Shown here: piece after piece, positions 1-14,104 of the stretch
Layout of the letters: each line of letters starts with the position of its first letter
How positions within the stretch are numbered: the stretch's first letter is position 1
DNA from: Lytechinus pictus
Lineage: Eukaryota
DNA: 64,000 nucleotides
Reading direction: 5' to 3'
NCBI RefSeq assembly: GCF_037042905.1
Contig: NC_087250.1
Coordinates: 4,962,001 to 5,026,000 of the forward strand
Made by a program: the position numbers and the translations under genes
The notes under the pieces: model-generated
What the model saw: only the letters and a program-made list of their open reading frames with translations
Database searches by the model: none
Told to the model about the DNA's origin: nothing

Positions 1-1082
1 TCAAATGGTCTTTATTGACTACAGTAATTCAGTTAACTTTCAGTCCAGTGGGTGCTCAATCTATACTCTGTTATGTTTATTATCTGCTGTACTACACTGT
101 ACCAATTTCTTATACTTTTCATTGCCGAAATAAATAATGATAATAATAATAATAGGATAACATCATAACAGATATCTGCGCAACTTTTGAGACAAAACTC
201 AACATAGATGTAGACGACGTAAATATTTGTGTTTTTGTCTGCTTGTCTTGTTGTTGTTTTTTGTGCATCTATAATAAGCCTATATGTATAAGGATCTGGA
301 AAATACTTCAATTTTGAAAGAGAATTATCCAACTCACAAAAGGTTGAGTGATGCAGACTATTGTGTATGTCAAGGGTACCGTAATGTTATTCCTGTCTGA
401 TTCTCATTATACAGGATAATGCATTGAAGTCCTGGACTAACTTTATTCAAGGATTAACTATCAATATGAACAAGGCCATTCAATGACATAATAGTGCAAG
501 ACTAACCCCTCTTTAGCTGACAGCTGAAGTATGATTGATGTGTTCATACAAGAAATAATCTCTAATAAAGCAAATTACAGATTATTATTACATGAACAAG
601 GCAAGGTCCCCTCTTTTGAAATTCTGACTAATATGCCGTGGGAATAAAAAATAATGTGAAATTATTAAGGTTTATATGAAATCCTGAAGATATTTGGCCC
701 TTAAACTGTTTCAAACCTACTGAGAAAACTTTATAATTGCAGTTATATTGTAAAAAATAAGATGGAGAGAATATTTTTTGTTTTCTTGACTCGAAGATAA
801 GCCTAATATTTTGATGACCATGATACCCCCAACACCCCGCCCCCCCTCCATTCACATTTCAAACAAGGGTCAATGATCTTGTTTTACAAACATATGCTCT
901 CTCCCAATTTATATTTGATAGCTGATGCATAATAATGATAACATGCAAATTCAAAACAAGAAAGTGATAATTATTCAATTAAAGCAACAAAGAGAAAGGT
1001 CATTGAATTTCTTCTAAAAAACAAAAACTCATCATTCACACTTAATTTAAAAATATTTCTAAATATAAAAAAAAACTTTTAA

Positions 1083-1699
1083 AGGTCAAGTCCACCCCAG
1101 TAAAATACTGACTTGAATATATATATTAATAGAGAAAAATCAAACTAGCATAGTGCTGAAAATTTCATCAAAATCGGATGTAAAATAAAGAAAGTTATGA
1201 CATTTTAAAGTTTTGCTTATTTTTCACAAAAACAGTGAATGCACAACTTGGTGAGTCAGTCGATGATGACCATCACTCACTATTTCTTTTGTTTTTTATT
1301 GTTTGAATTATACAATATTTCATTTTTATAGATTTGACAATAAGGACCTACATGTACATGTACTAAACTGAACCATATAGTATTAAACAATGCTAATTCC
1401 ACATGTACAGGGAGGAATTAATCGTTGTATCACTTGACAATGAGGAGAAAATTAGAACATTTCATATTTCATACAATGAAATACAAAAGAAACAGCGAGT
1501 GGATGACGTCATCAGTCTCCTCATTTGCATACCGACCAGAATGTGCATATCACTGTTTTTTTTTATTATTAAAGCCAAACTTTAAAATGTCATAACTTTC
1601 TTATTTTACATCCGATTTTGATGAAATTTTCTATGTTATGCTTGTTGGATTTTTTTCTTTTTATTCAAATCTACTTTTTGTTAGGTTGGACTTGTCCTT
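1083..1699. mobile_element. non-autonomous DNA transposon, TTAA-flanked (Kolobok-like), family A copy 1
   Basis: TIR aggtcaagtccacc ... ttggacttgtcct with TTAA flanks. Homologous to 51405-52107. Confidence 0.8.
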
Positions 1700-1744
1700 T
1701 TAAAGCAGCATGGCACATGACAGGGTTTATGGGAACAGGGTAAC

Positions 1745-2516
1745 ATTTTATACATAAGCGGATTAAGCACTTACTGTCCTTTGATATTATGAAGAAGCTG
1801 TACTTTTCTATGATTTTACCTTACATTGATTACTGTATTACATCTTGGGGAAGCAGTGCAAAAATACATTTAGATAAGATACAAAAACTTCAAAATAAAT
1901 ATGCCAGAATGCTTTTGAAAAAAAATTATAATACATCACAAATTTCTTTGTTGCAGTCACTGAAGTGGCAATCAGTAGATCAGCGTATAAAATATCAGTA
2001 TTGTGTTCTTCTATATAAAATAATGAATGATTTAGTTCCAAATTATTTAAAACCTTTAGTATGTAAACGGCCCGTGAAATACAGGACACGGTATTCTTTT
2101 ACGATGCCCCCTTCAGCTTCCCAAAGCTAGAATTGAACATAAAAGAAAATCTTTCGCATATGTCGGACCCAAATTATTTAATGCACTTCCTTCAAATTTA
2201 CAAGTTTGTACCTCCTTGTTAGTTTTTAAAAAATTATGCAAAGCCTTTCATACGAATTGATAAAGAGCGAAATGATATTCCATTGATTTACAATGCTATG
2301 TATGTTTAAATTGTCACTTCCCACTCTATATTTTGCTGTTAATTGTTTCTGATGTTAGATATTTTGTATTTTTGATGTTGTTTGTTGTTGTTGTTCATAG
2401 TTATCTTGACATGTATTTTAAACTGCAGGGCGCCTTTGTAAAGCAGTTTTAAGAACTGAACAGGCCTACCCTGCAGTATAAAATAAATAAAACAAAATAA
2501 ATAAATAAATAAATAA
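1745..2516 (+). mobile_element. 5'-truncated LINE (CR1/L2/Crack group): ORF2 C-terminus, 3'UTR and (AAAT)n tail
   Basis: KKLYFSMILPYIDYCITSWG...KIQKLQNKYARMLL...LKW is the typical post-RT region. A frameshift near 2110 continues to KKSFAYVGPKLFNALPSNL. The AAAT tail lies at 2480-2516. Confidence 0.85.
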
Positions 2517-3844
2517 GCCTGCCCATTATCTATAGCAATACCGCACACTGAAACACAAATAGCATGCTAATGTGAACAAGGTTTACATACTGTACGCACA
2601 ATGGGGTATTCACACTTTAATACAACCAGAGACAAACAATACCAAATATGAACAAGGCCAATGCATGAAGCCTTTATTGACGAAAAGGCCAATAAATGTG
2701 GCTTTGAATGAGGCCACCTCACTCTGCAAATATGCAAGGTAAACACAACATGCTACAATGCACACAAAACGCAAATAGTCATGTTTTACACCGATGGAAT
2801 ATAAACCGCTCACAGGTGTATAATTGGTGCATCATTTGAATGGGAAGGTGAGGTCATGAAAGCGGATAATTTGCGAATATCTGTTTTGTGGGGTTTCGTT
2901 CCAAATTTGAATGGGGGAAGGTTGTTTGAAAGGTCAAGCAGTTTCCAAACAGTTTATTATATGCAGAAAAACAAGACTGCAATGCATATACACATGTAGA
3001 TGCTGATATACATGTAGTCTTTTCCCATTTCACACACAAAGAGCTTTTAAAAACAAAACATTCTATCCCCCCCCCCCCCATTATTCATTGTTCCCACAAT
3101 TGATCAGTTACAGCATCTTCTTTATTATGCAATTGCTCTTCCTGTTTATTTTTCTTTCTAAATCTACTTGCTCTTCTGTTTCGTTTTCTCTTTGTCCTTT
3201 TTCTCCTTGCTTTTGGGGTGTCTACAAAACAAAGACCTAAGACCCCCAAGACCCCATATATATACTACCAAAAAACAACTACAAAACTAAGTCCAAACCA
3301 ACTACAAAACTTTTTAAGACCTTGTGTAATATTCATTGGTGTGCATCTCTTGTGTATTCTTTTTCAATTTACCATAGTCTTTAATTGCACACAATCTGGT
3401 CATTTTTAGTTCATTTATTTTGCATAATTTGTATGCCTTATCTTTTTTTACTCATACTGATTCTATAACTTTGTATTTTTTTCTTTAGTTCTGTGATTCT
3501 TGTCAGACGTTAATGTTGGATTGAACATATTTTGTCTTGTGATAATTTTCGTTTATCTTTATGTTATGTATTATCTTGTTGCTTTGTTGTATTGCGTTTT
3601 GTTGTGTTATATTGTGCACTACATGTACGCTATTTCCTTTTAATATGATTTCAATCTTTTATATCATTTTATTTCATATTTGTGAAGCAAGCAATGAAGC
3701 AATGTACACATACATGTACATGAATGGCATGCAAACACAAGTCATTGAAACTGAAAGCGAAACCCAACCTACAAAACATGTATGTAATAATGACTGTTCA
3801 AACAAAGGTTGTTACAAGTGCATGCTGAAAAAAATGTCACACAA

Positions 3845-4105
3845 CACAGTAAACAAAAAATAGCACGTTGTTTAAGCCTGTCACTCTAACAACAAGTTGT
3901 TTAAACTTTTTGGAATTGCTTAAACTTTTTAAACATGTTTAAAAAGATTAAACAGTTGTTTAAAAAGATTAAACAGTTGTTTAAAAAGTTTTAACAGTTG
4001 TTTAAAAAGTTGTTTAAACAGTTGTTTAAAAAGTGTAAATAATAGTTGTAATAGAGTGATGGGCATATTAATGTGCTTAAAATTTTAAACAGCATTTCTA
4101 CAGTG
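3845..4105. mobile_element. CACTA/EnSpm-like MITE
   Basis: cacagtaaa...tctacagtg termini, AA 2-bp TSD, internal ~21-bp tandem gtttaaaaagattaaacagtt. Confidence 0.65.
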
Positions 4106-4206
4106 AAGCTTTATACAAAGAGTTAATGGACTATACTAAGTATTAGAAAGAATTCCAAAGAATGAAAATGAAATTATCAAGTAACCATGACAACCACACC
4201 ACTTAC

Positions 4207-4323
4207 AAACAAGAATCAAGCAGATTAGTGGAAGGCACGTCCACCACGAAGCTACTGCCTTCGTCCATGTGAGACTCCGTCTGGCCGGCAGAGCGCCGCC
4301 AGGAGAACGAATCGTTTGTCTCG
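4207..4323 (-). CDS. CTNND2: delta-catenin-like coding exon 3
   Basis: 117 bp between an actacag acceptor and a TT|gtaagt donor. Reads ETNDSFSWRRSAGQTESHMDEGSSFVVDVPSTNLLDSC, and LLDSC recalls LVDSCI of delta-catenin. The gene continues beyond the left edge, so the armadillo repeats are not in this window. Confidence 0.85.
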
Positions 4324-4443
4324 CTGTAGTGATTGAAGCATCATGGGAAGGTTGTGACCCGGGGGGGAGGGGGGAGGGGAGGGCAAGGTAATAGGAAAGA
4401 GGTTATATAGAGCAAAGCATGCAGGTAAATAATAGTGGTTTAA

Positions 4444-4902
4444 AGAGGAAGTTCACCCTGAAGAAAAGTTAGTTGTAAAAAAGCAGAGAGATAATAATAT
4501 TGGTGAAGGTTTTGAGGAAAATCCATTAAAGATTATAAAGAACGTTATTAGAATTTGACGTTTTGATTTGTGACATCATAAATGAGCAGCTGCCCCATAT
4601 GTTATGTATAAATATAAAATCCATAAATTTCAATTTTTTTATGTTTCATGATGACTTTATGTTTTCTTTTACGAACGGGTGCGAAATGATTTGTCTATTG
4701 TTGTACTCAAGGTACAGTAAAAACTATTTTTAATTTTCTGAGAAAATGACATTTCATTGATTTTTTTACCATTCTGACCTCACAAATCAAGTAATTAAAA
4801 ATCTAAAAACTTTTTTATCTTTGATGGATTTTTCTCAAACCTTCTGAAATATTTTTTTTTCTGCAATTTGTACAATAAACTTTGTCAGGGTGAACTTCCC
4901 CT
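4444..4902. mobile_element. Kolobok-like MITE (TTAA TSD)
   Basis: ttaa|agaggaagttcaccctga ... tcagggtgaacttcccct|ttaa. Confidence 0.8.
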
Positions 4903-5959
4903 TTAAAAGGCCCATAGTGAAATAAAGGGTTAAATTATACAAGTCCATGTAGACCGTCATCAGTACACAAAATGAAACATTGTCCTGTATGCTAATAGAA
5001 AGTAGCTTTAGCCCGCTTTTGCTCAATTATATCACAACTTCTAGAACCAGTACAAATATCAAGAAAAAAGGAAAATAATATCAAGTATCAAGGATACCAT
5101 TTAGAATAGAAAAAAAGACCCATGTAAATATCAAGAATGGGACTTTTTCTACACAGAAAATTGGTTTTCTGTGGTAAAAAAACATTTGAAAAGTCTGAAT
5201 TGTTTTCCTCCTTGACATAGAAAAGAAAATACATGTAGTGTGGTCAAAAGACTTGGTCAGAAGTTTTGCAAAGAAGAAAATTGAAAGCTTCAATAATAAG
5301 TTCTTTTCTTTTCATTATTTTGTTCTATTTTTTTTTTTTTTTTTTTTGGGGGGGGGCTATTTTCTTCTTCCAGAAGAAGTGCTGCATCAAGGTCTATTTT
5401 CTAACAACTAATTTGCCGCCAGTTTGAAGGAATGCCGACTTGATAACGAGGAGAGTGTAGAATTAGTCTTCCTTGCATACCCCAGTAATCAATTATTTAT
5501 CCATTTATGTACATACAATTTCACTGATTGTTAGATCGATGTTAACATTAGAGTTTCCTTTGCTGATATTAAAGCAAGTATGAATATATATATATAGGAA
5601 TTTGAAATTAAAATACACCTTTTTTTAGTATATTGTAAAAGGGCCTGTTACACCATGAAACACATACAAATTCCGTCCAAATTTTTTAGGGTTAAATGAA
5701 TAATCCTTACAAATACCAGTTCATGCAGTACACATTCCATTCCTTTCATGCTTACGAACGAACGAACGTGCAAGACTGAAATACATTCATGAACTTATAT
5801 GCAAAGGGTCATATACAAGTCACAGAATAAAGCAAATAATAAAAGAATACATGCCATGATAAACTGAGGTATTATAAAAGCAAGCAAACAATAGCAAAGG
5901 CATTACAACAAAACATATTGGAAGTTCTAATACTAGTAATCGTACATTAAATACATATA

Positions 5960-6253
5960 CAGTTGTGCTCAAAAGTTTAATAGTGAACCCGATAACAAAT
6001 TGCACTCCTCCATTCTGAGTGTTGAATGTAGACAACAACACTGATGGTTGGAGAGCCCAGAGAAATAAACTTTATTGAATGTAATAGTTTATCACCTTGA
6101 CTTCACAATTATCTATAAAATATATTATCTATATCTATCTATATATATTATCTATAATTATCTATATCTCTAAAAAACACAGTATGGCAGAACTTGAACA
6201 CTTTCAAATATGTTCATTTTCTGGTGGGGCTCACTAACTTTTGAGCACCACTG
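5960..6253. mobile_element. Tc1/mariner-like MITE
   Basis: ta|cagttgtgctcaaaagtt ... aacttttgagcaccactg inverted termini. Confidence 0.7.
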
Positions 6254-6888
6254 AATGTCTATTATTAATTCTGATTAAATACAGGTATAATCTGCTGATT
6301 AATCGTCCAAACTAGTTTTTATGAATGGAACTTGACTCTGAGCTATCTATTCCTTCTCAGTACCGGTTGGGCTGATAAAAAATCAATTATAAAATAAATC
6401 CTTCTATTTGGACAACCAACTGTAGCACAATTTCGTGTAAAAATAGTAGAATAGCTTGGTCAGTAAAATTAAGCACTGTTGCCATTTAAAACAGCTCATA
6501 TACTGATTCCTCCTAAAAGTTAGGAACCAGGCCAATAATACATTGACTTCAATTTGGCTAATTATGTATTCATCAGGTCATATCTTGGGGCCCCATGGAC
6601 TGATTCCCACCAAATTTGGGTTGTGGGGATTTTTCATCATGTCCTACCAAATAATGGTATAAAAAGCGATGAAATGCAAAAAGTGAAAATCTATGACGTC
6701 ACACTTAGGTGTGGTAAAATTGATTGAAATATATTAAATTAAACACCACTACTATTTGAAACAGCTCATATATTGATTCCTGCTATTCTGGCATTTAATC
6801 AGTTGTGTGGCAAACTCTGATTGGTCTAACGGGATCTTATTGCAATTTAAGCGAATGAAACGGTTCACCTGATTGGTCAATACCTTAC

Positions 6889-7001
6889 CTGATACTATTC
6901 AGAGTAGCAGTGTCCGAGTCGACTCTGCTACGGTTAATCTGGTTGGCCGCAATTAACTTGTCAGCCTCAAATTCTCTGGTGAGCTGGGCAAACTGGGCTT
7001 C
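6889..7001 (-). CDS. CTNND2: delta-catenin-like coding exon 2 (N-terminal coiled coil)
   Basis: 113 bp between a ttctag acceptor and an AG|gtaagg donor. Reads EAQFAQLTREFEADKLIAANQINRSRVDSDTATLNSIS, resembling [38 protein letters not shown] of vertebrate delta-catenin. Phase is compatible with both neighbouring exons. Confidence 0.92.
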
Positions 7002-7432
7002 CTAGAATATGTTGAAAATTTTATGAAAGGAGATAAAGAGGTGATTGATTGCATGCAAATAATACTTTAAAATTCATAACAAATTTTAGTACTTTTTTTT
7101 TTGGGGGGGGGGGGAATCTCAATGGCAAACCCCACATCTTGTCATTTATTAATTATAAATTTTGTGATTATCCTAAGCTGTAGCTATAAACAAATAAACA
7201 AATAATTTTGTTATCCTTTATTATATCTTTTAATACTATTTCTTTTATAATGTTATGCAAAATGTATGATGTATTATGTAATTTGTATTGATTTGATTTG
7301 TTTAGCCCATTATTAAGAAACAAAATGAGAATTTTTTAAACCAGAACAAAGTGAAATGATCACTTTAAACTTGGCGGAGTGTGGCAAATGCAAATTAAAA
7401 AAAGAAAAAAAAATGTAAAAATTAATTCCTAC

Positions 7433-7543
7433 CTGTTCTTTGACCGATTTCAGAATGGTATTTGGGTAGTCCGAGCTATAATCGTGGCCTTTCTGCGACG
7501 AGTAAGTCAGAGTTTGGTCGTTCCCATCGTCCCACCCGGGCAT
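7433..7543 (-). CDS. CTNND2: delta-catenin/p120-family (CTNND2/PKP4-like) first coding exon; the exon spans 7588-7433 including 5'UTR
   Basis: Reads MPGWDDGNDQTLTYSSQKGHDYSSDYPNTILKSVKEQ and ends at a CAG|gtagg donor. ILKSVKEQ matches the delta-catenin/p0071 N-terminal ILASVKEQ motif. Acceptor ttctcttcag precedes 7588, and an in-frame TGA upstream of the ATG supports it as the start codon. Confidence 0.88.
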
Positions 7544-8018
7544 TATAGAATTGTGTCGAAATCAGAGTACAGTTCTGGGAGCAGCAAACTGAAGAGAAGA
7601 TATATAAAGATATAATAAATAATTATTATATAAAAATATGTAGAAAGTGATAAAGATGGTAAAACATGACTAAAGATCAGGCAGCAGTTTCACAGCATAT
7701 GATTTTAAATTGCAAAAAAGAAGTTAAAAGATATATAAATATAAAAGAAACAAATACATGTACTATGTAGTACATGTATGACCAAATGGATGAACGAATA
7801 CACTTTTGAAAAAAATAATTGAATAAATGAATGAATGAACAAATGAATAATCAAATTATCAATTATAGATTGATTTAATAATCAATTAATTTACCGAATA
7901 AAATGATAAAATAAATTTATGAATGAATAAATTTTCATACATGAAAGCACATTAATGAATTTATATGAATGAATTATTAAATAAATGAATGGATGAATTA
8001 ATAAATGGTTAATTAATA

Positions 8019-8724
8019 AATGGATGGATGGATGGATGGATGGATGGATGGATGGATGGATGGATGGATGGATGGATGGATGGATGGATGGATGGATGGA
8101 TGGATGGATGGATGGATGGATGGATGGATGGATGGATGGATGGATGGATGGATGGATGGATGGATGGATGGATGGATGGATGGATGGATGGATGGATGGA
8201 TGGATGGATGGATGGATGGATGGATGGATGGATGGATGGATGGATGGATGGATGGATGGATGGATGGATGGATGGATGGATGGATGGATGGATGGATGGA
8301 TGGATGGATGGATGGATGGATGGATGGATGGATGGATGGATGGATGGATGGATGGATGGATGGATGGATGGATGGATGGATGGATGGATGGATGGATGGA
8401 TGGATGGATGGATGGATGGATGGATGGATGGATGGATGGATGGATGGATGGATGGATGGATGGATGGATGGATGGATGGATGGATGGATGGATGAGTGAG
8501 TGAGTGAGTGAGTGAGTGAGTGAGTGAGTGAGTGAGTGAGTGAGTGAGTGAGTGAGTGAGTGAGTGAGTGAGTGAGTGAGTGAGTGAGTGAGTGAGTGAG
8601 TGAGTGAATGAATGAATGAATGAATGAATGAATGAATGAATGAACGAACGAACGAACGAACGAACGAACGAACGAACGAACGAACGAACGAACGAGTGAG
8701 TGAATGAATGAATGAATGAATGAA
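8019..8724. repeat. compound tetranucleotide microsatellite (GGAT)n-(GAGT)n-(GAAT)n-(GAAC)n-(GAGT)-(GAAT)n
   Basis: Read directly: about 475 bp of pure ATGG followed by blocks of related motifs. Confidence 0.98.
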
Positions 8725-9859
8725 AGTGATAATGAACAAAACAATTATGAATTAGTAAATGAGTGAATTAATATCATGATCGAATAGAATTACTAACTCT
8801 AAATGAATAAAAAAAAATATCTCTATATCATGAGTGGAATGTGGTGAAATTTATGAATTTACATGAATGAATTTATGAATGGATGAATGAATGAATGAAT
8901 GGATGAATGAATGGATGAATGTTTGGAAGATGAATGAATGTGAAAATGAACAAAATAATTATAAATTAGTATTAAAATGAGTGAATTAACATTATGATAT
9001 GTAGTAGAATTACTGAATAAATGAAAAAAAATATTTTCTTATCTCAATATCACGAGTGGAATGTGGTGACTTTGTGCATAATTAATAATATAATGTGACA
9101 CTACACAGACTATTTCATCACATTCTGACCAAATGTCATTCGGCTACCAAACCTGCAATGTGCTTTACCCTCCCAGCAACCTTCCAATAATGTTATTCCC
9201 GAACCCCAATGAATTTCATTTGTTTATATGTTCACTGTCAAACGTGTATAAGCACTGGTCGAGATGGATGACTGTCAGGGATAGGACGAAACATCTGTTA
9301 CCCCTGGATCAACCCATCTCCCGTCAAATAAGATAACTCAATCAAGCAATTATTGCCTGGTTCATACTGCACCAATACAAATGAATCATGTAGTTTTGTT
9401 GCAGGATATTGTGCCATTTATGAATAAATGGGATGAGAATAAAAGCAAGCCGCTAAGGCCGGCAAATTGTACCCATGAGGAAGATCTAGAGTTCTAGACT
9501 CCACCCCTGGTCCGGGGAGTATTGGTGGTACGGGGACATGCCGCTTTGATGACCCCCTTTTTCAGACCTAATTTGCAGTTCTCTAGATATTCCGAATGAC
9601 AAGAGTTCAGTTCAGAAGCCGCCAGCCCCGCTCGCAAGACCCCTGTCCCCCCCCCCCCCCTCCCGACCTCCTGCCCATTTTACTATCACTGCGTTTACAA
9701 TTACCCTGACTGTAGCTTTTTAAAGAAAATGGTATGAACACAGATCTGACAAGATAATTCAATCAGCCAATTTATGTTCACGCTTGGGAGTTCATTGGGC
9801 TAACATCCTGCATTCCAAAAGAATTCACTGTCTCAGTGTTGCATACTGTATAGTGTGCA

Positions 9860-10377
9860 GGGCGACACGACATTTGCTCCGGCGACAATTGTTCCAGGCT
9901 TTATTTTGTCTAAGATATAGGCCTGTATTCTGAGGTAAGGTTTAACTTAAACCTTGGTCTTACTCTGTGCTAAAATTATGGGCAGCCAAAAGTGTCAAAA
10001 TTTTGTATTAAGTTGTATGTTTCTTTATGTTTACTGTGCTCTTTCCCGATTCATCGATTGTGAAGACAATCATCTATTAATATACTTCCTATACAATTAT
10101 GAATGATTTAAGAGCCAAATGAGTTGAAATATGATATCTCTACCGTTAGTGATTTATGTAACAATTGGCTGTCCATACTTAAACCACAACTTTAAACCTG
10201 AGTTTAAGTTACACCTAACTTCAGAATTTGGGTTGCAATAGGGTTTTAAATGTATGTTTAACAGGTAATTTAGGTTTAGGGTTTAATAGGTTAAAGATAG
10301 GGTTGAAGCTGGTCATACTTTTTGTGAGTGGAATTTATGGCAGAGCAATTGTCGCCAGATCAAATGTCACGGAACCG
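9860..10377. mobile_element. MITE with a second MITE (~9920-10233) nested inside
   Basis: Outer TIR catttgctccggcgacaattg / caattgtcgccagatcaaatg. Inner TIR ggcctgtattctgag / cttcagaatttggg. Confidence 0.6.
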
Positions 10378-11317
10378 TCTACAGGGGCCGGTTGCAGAAA
10401 AGTTACCATTATACGGTAACTTTGCCATCCAATGGTAACTTGCATTGAATCCTTGATTTTGATTGGCTGTTGATCAGCGAGATATCATGGTAGTTACCAT
10501 TGGATACCATAATGGTCAATTTTATGCAATGGGGCTCAGTACATGTAGCTGAACTTCTTTCAAAATTTGGAGTATGAAAAGAGGATGGATATGTAGAAAA
10601 ATATGTGAAAGTGAGAGCAAAAGGATTAGTGTATTGATTTTTGTCATCTTGCAATGTAAAACATAGTTCCCAAGGATATGTGAAATCCTTTTTTTTTTAA
10701 AACTTAATTGAATGTTACAGGCATATTTTTCTGTTATATTTTTATTTGATAATTCATTATAAAGTAGTGAGTGTGCGACATGTACAGTGTATGTGTATGA
10801 AGTTGAATGGGATATTCCTTTGTTCAGAATGACAGATGAAATATCAATCAGCAGCGCCTTGTTCATTCATTAATTAATCAGCCTTGTCTTGACAAAGACA
10901 TAGGCCATTATTAACATGCCAAGATGATTGGGTGACATCAAGTTCGAGATAAATACCAGTTGTGGTAAAACGATCTTGAAATGACTTCCAAACAGAATCC
11001 AATGAAATTACCCCAAGGTAAACTAGTGCAACACCTACTTTTGTCACCAAACTTTTCAAAAACACCAGATTTCAATGCCGACCATAAGATCATCCACTGG
11101 TTTGGTGCAGAAATATATAAGCCTAATGAACTTATCATGGGTGAGAACTTGCACTTGACCACTGCTATGATAGGGATATCATGGATGTTGATCTGTTATT
11201 GTAAAGGATATCTCTGTATAGGTCAATTGGTCTGGACACCACATGTTATAACAGACATATCATGAAATGTCCATTAGAGGTCAGTCCCATTCCCACTGTC
11301 GAGAAAAGGTATACCGG

Positions 11318-11742
11318 CAGGGTGCTACATAAGCACTTGCCTGATTCCCCGGGGCAAGTAAAAGATAGAGTCGGGCTAGTGTTTTGAAGTAAAGACCAAA
11401 ACTACTTGCCCGAATTGGGCAAGCAAAATTCTCACAGTAAAATGACAAAAACTAGGGTCGATTTGATATGATATTGACCCTCATTTTGGTCATGGCAAGC
11501 AAGATGAAATCACTTTTGAAAAAGAAATGCAATAACAAGGTAGATCAGTTCATGTCAAAAGAGAGAAAAAGGTCAATGGTTTATAAAACCACAATACTTG
11601 TACTTTCTTTTGAAGAGGTACATATTTTTTCAGGATTTTTTTCGGGCAAGTGAAATAGATTTTCGGGCAAGTATATCACAACTATTTAAAAATTTACTTG
11701 CCCGACTGGGCAAGTGCTTCTAAAAAGTTATGTAGCACCCTG
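11318..11742. mobile_element. MITE with CAGGG...CCCTG ends (hAT/P-like)
   Basis: TIR cagggtgctacataa / ttatgtagcaccctg, flanked by the direct repeat ATACCGG. Confidence 0.8.
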
Positions 11743-14104
11743 ATACCGGTACTACAAAACGTACAGTAGACATGCATTGCCCTGCTGTAGTGTGAATGTG
11801 GTCCTTGATGATGTCATAATGGAGATGGAGGTACATTATGTACATTCATGTATGTAAAGGTTATTCATCACTTGACTCTCAGTAAAACCAAGGGTTGAGG
11901 GCAGGCAAAAAAATGTATATATATTTCTTTATGGGAGGGGGGTGGGTACTTCTCACAACTAACTGCCTACATCTGCAACATTAGAAAGCTTTCACTTTGC
12001 AATGAATGGGGATTGTCCAAGGCTACATGTACTTGTTTAGTTCCTAGGCCCCTTTTGAGCATTTAGGGTATTTTTTTAAATTTATTTAATTCTTTTTTTT
12101 TGAGGGGGGGTTGAAATTTCCGAGACCATGAGCGATTTTTTTCCCCTGCACCCCTCCCTCAATCCAAAAAGGAATGATGTCCATACTCATACTAGACATC
12201 AACAAGCTATTAACTACTCCTCAGCTTATATGTCACATGTAATGGCATTACGCCTCAAGAACACGATGATATGAACGTTTCAACAGCACTCCGCAATAAC
12301 ACACCATGATTGCCTCTTTATGAGTGCTACTATTCACGATCCCCTTGGCTTGACTAGAAGCTGTTCACATTGACATTTCTTTGGCGTAGCCCCTTCCTTT
12401 GAACTTGACCCGAGTACATTAATTTTCAGTTGTACTTTTCATTTTTGTTCTCTCAGTTTCCTCTAGCTCTTTGCCAAATAAATGTTCTGAATGAATATGC
12501 CCTAATCTACATGTATGTGTTGGCTCTTGCTTGAACAAATACTTTTAGTGCCCCCTCCCGCGTTTTTTTATTTCAATAATCAACATGTTAGAACGTATTG
12601 GCCTACTTCACAAGTGGACCTTCATTTTTCACACTGACCTGATTGTTCAGTCATGAAATACAATGAAATGAAGAGGGCTGAAATATCTTTGTTAGCTTTA
12701 TCCTACTTCCGCTGACAAAGTAAAAGACATGGCCCCTTGCAAAGCATTAATTAGCAAATTGCTTTGAAAGTGCTTTTGTTCATCTTTGGATCCCCCTCCA
12801 CCCTAGGCCCGTTTTGAAAGTCATTTTTTTTATGCACGTGTACACGGCGTGTTTTTCGGAGTCCATCCCACCCCTGCCCCCCCCCCCCCCGCCCCTCGTT
12901 TAATGCCACCATCACAACATCAGTTGCAATGCTCTGAACTCTGAAGAGAAATTCATCTACAGTATAGGCCTGTATTCATGCATACAAATAGCTTTACCCC
13001 CATATCCCCCCCCCCCACCATTACCTCCCACCTACAATATACAAACATCTTCAGGAGACACTTGGCAATGTGAACAGACCCATCATCTTGGTGTAAGTTA
13101 AACATTCATGAGTTAAGATGTTTTGAGAGGCCCGCCTATCATATTGCTATGTAAGGAGATGCTATTTGGCCCCCAATGAAAGGATGCAAGCAGGCTACAA
13201 CGCTTCATCTCCACATATATCTCACAGGAATTATCATCACCCCAATCGACAGAGTCACATCTCAAGGCACAAAAGTCATGTCGGTGCAGGAAGGCCCTTA
13301 GCAACCACACTTTCGCAAACCTCACCGGTTGCCCTTATGCAATGCCCTAATGTGCACTACTAATGCGCGTAAGTGTGGTGATAAGTTCGTTTCTGCACCG
13401 ACAGACGAAACATTTTAGGTGTGTCGACTGTGCTCAATTCACATAAAACCAACATTGATCTAACAATATCTGTACATGTACATGTAGGTCATACATTATC
13501 AAGAGAAAGTGTAAATTTTACCAAAAATAAAAGAAATGCTGATTTTGCATGACACTGTGGCAGACCGCTCTTTCTGAGGAATTTCCATTGAAATAGTGTC
13601 ATCCACAAGTTTATAAATATAAAGTCCCTGTAGTCTATAAAATTCTTGTCTTTTTTTTTTTTTACTCACGAACAGATTTTAATATGAAACACCCACAGGC
13701 TCTATTTTCAAGACTACATGTACAGTAAAATCCTATTTTTTCTTTAAAAACATAGCCATAATCATCACTCTTAAAGTCTTTAATAAATAAAAGTTAAAAA
13801 AATCCTATGTTTGTGGGTGGGAAAATTCTACTTTGTGGGAACTTTCAAAAGTTTCAACTTAAATCTCGTACGGGTAAATAGGATAAAATTCTAATTGGCA
13901 GCTCTGTACATCAACCCCATTAAAATGCAAGTTAAATTGACCTAAAAAAAAAGTCTGAATCTACCCGCATTTCTCCACCATGGGACCGCACCTTGTCTAC
14001 ACCTGTTCTTGATGTATTCGTTCCATGAGCCAGCACTGCATGATGGGACACTAATCAATACCACTAATGTAACCCACATACATGTACTATATCTGTTTTA
14101 CATT

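Noticed and set aside
7891..8744. Long ORFs of HPSI/HSLT/MDGW repeats
   Set aside because: Translation artefacts of stop-free tetranucleotide microsatellites.
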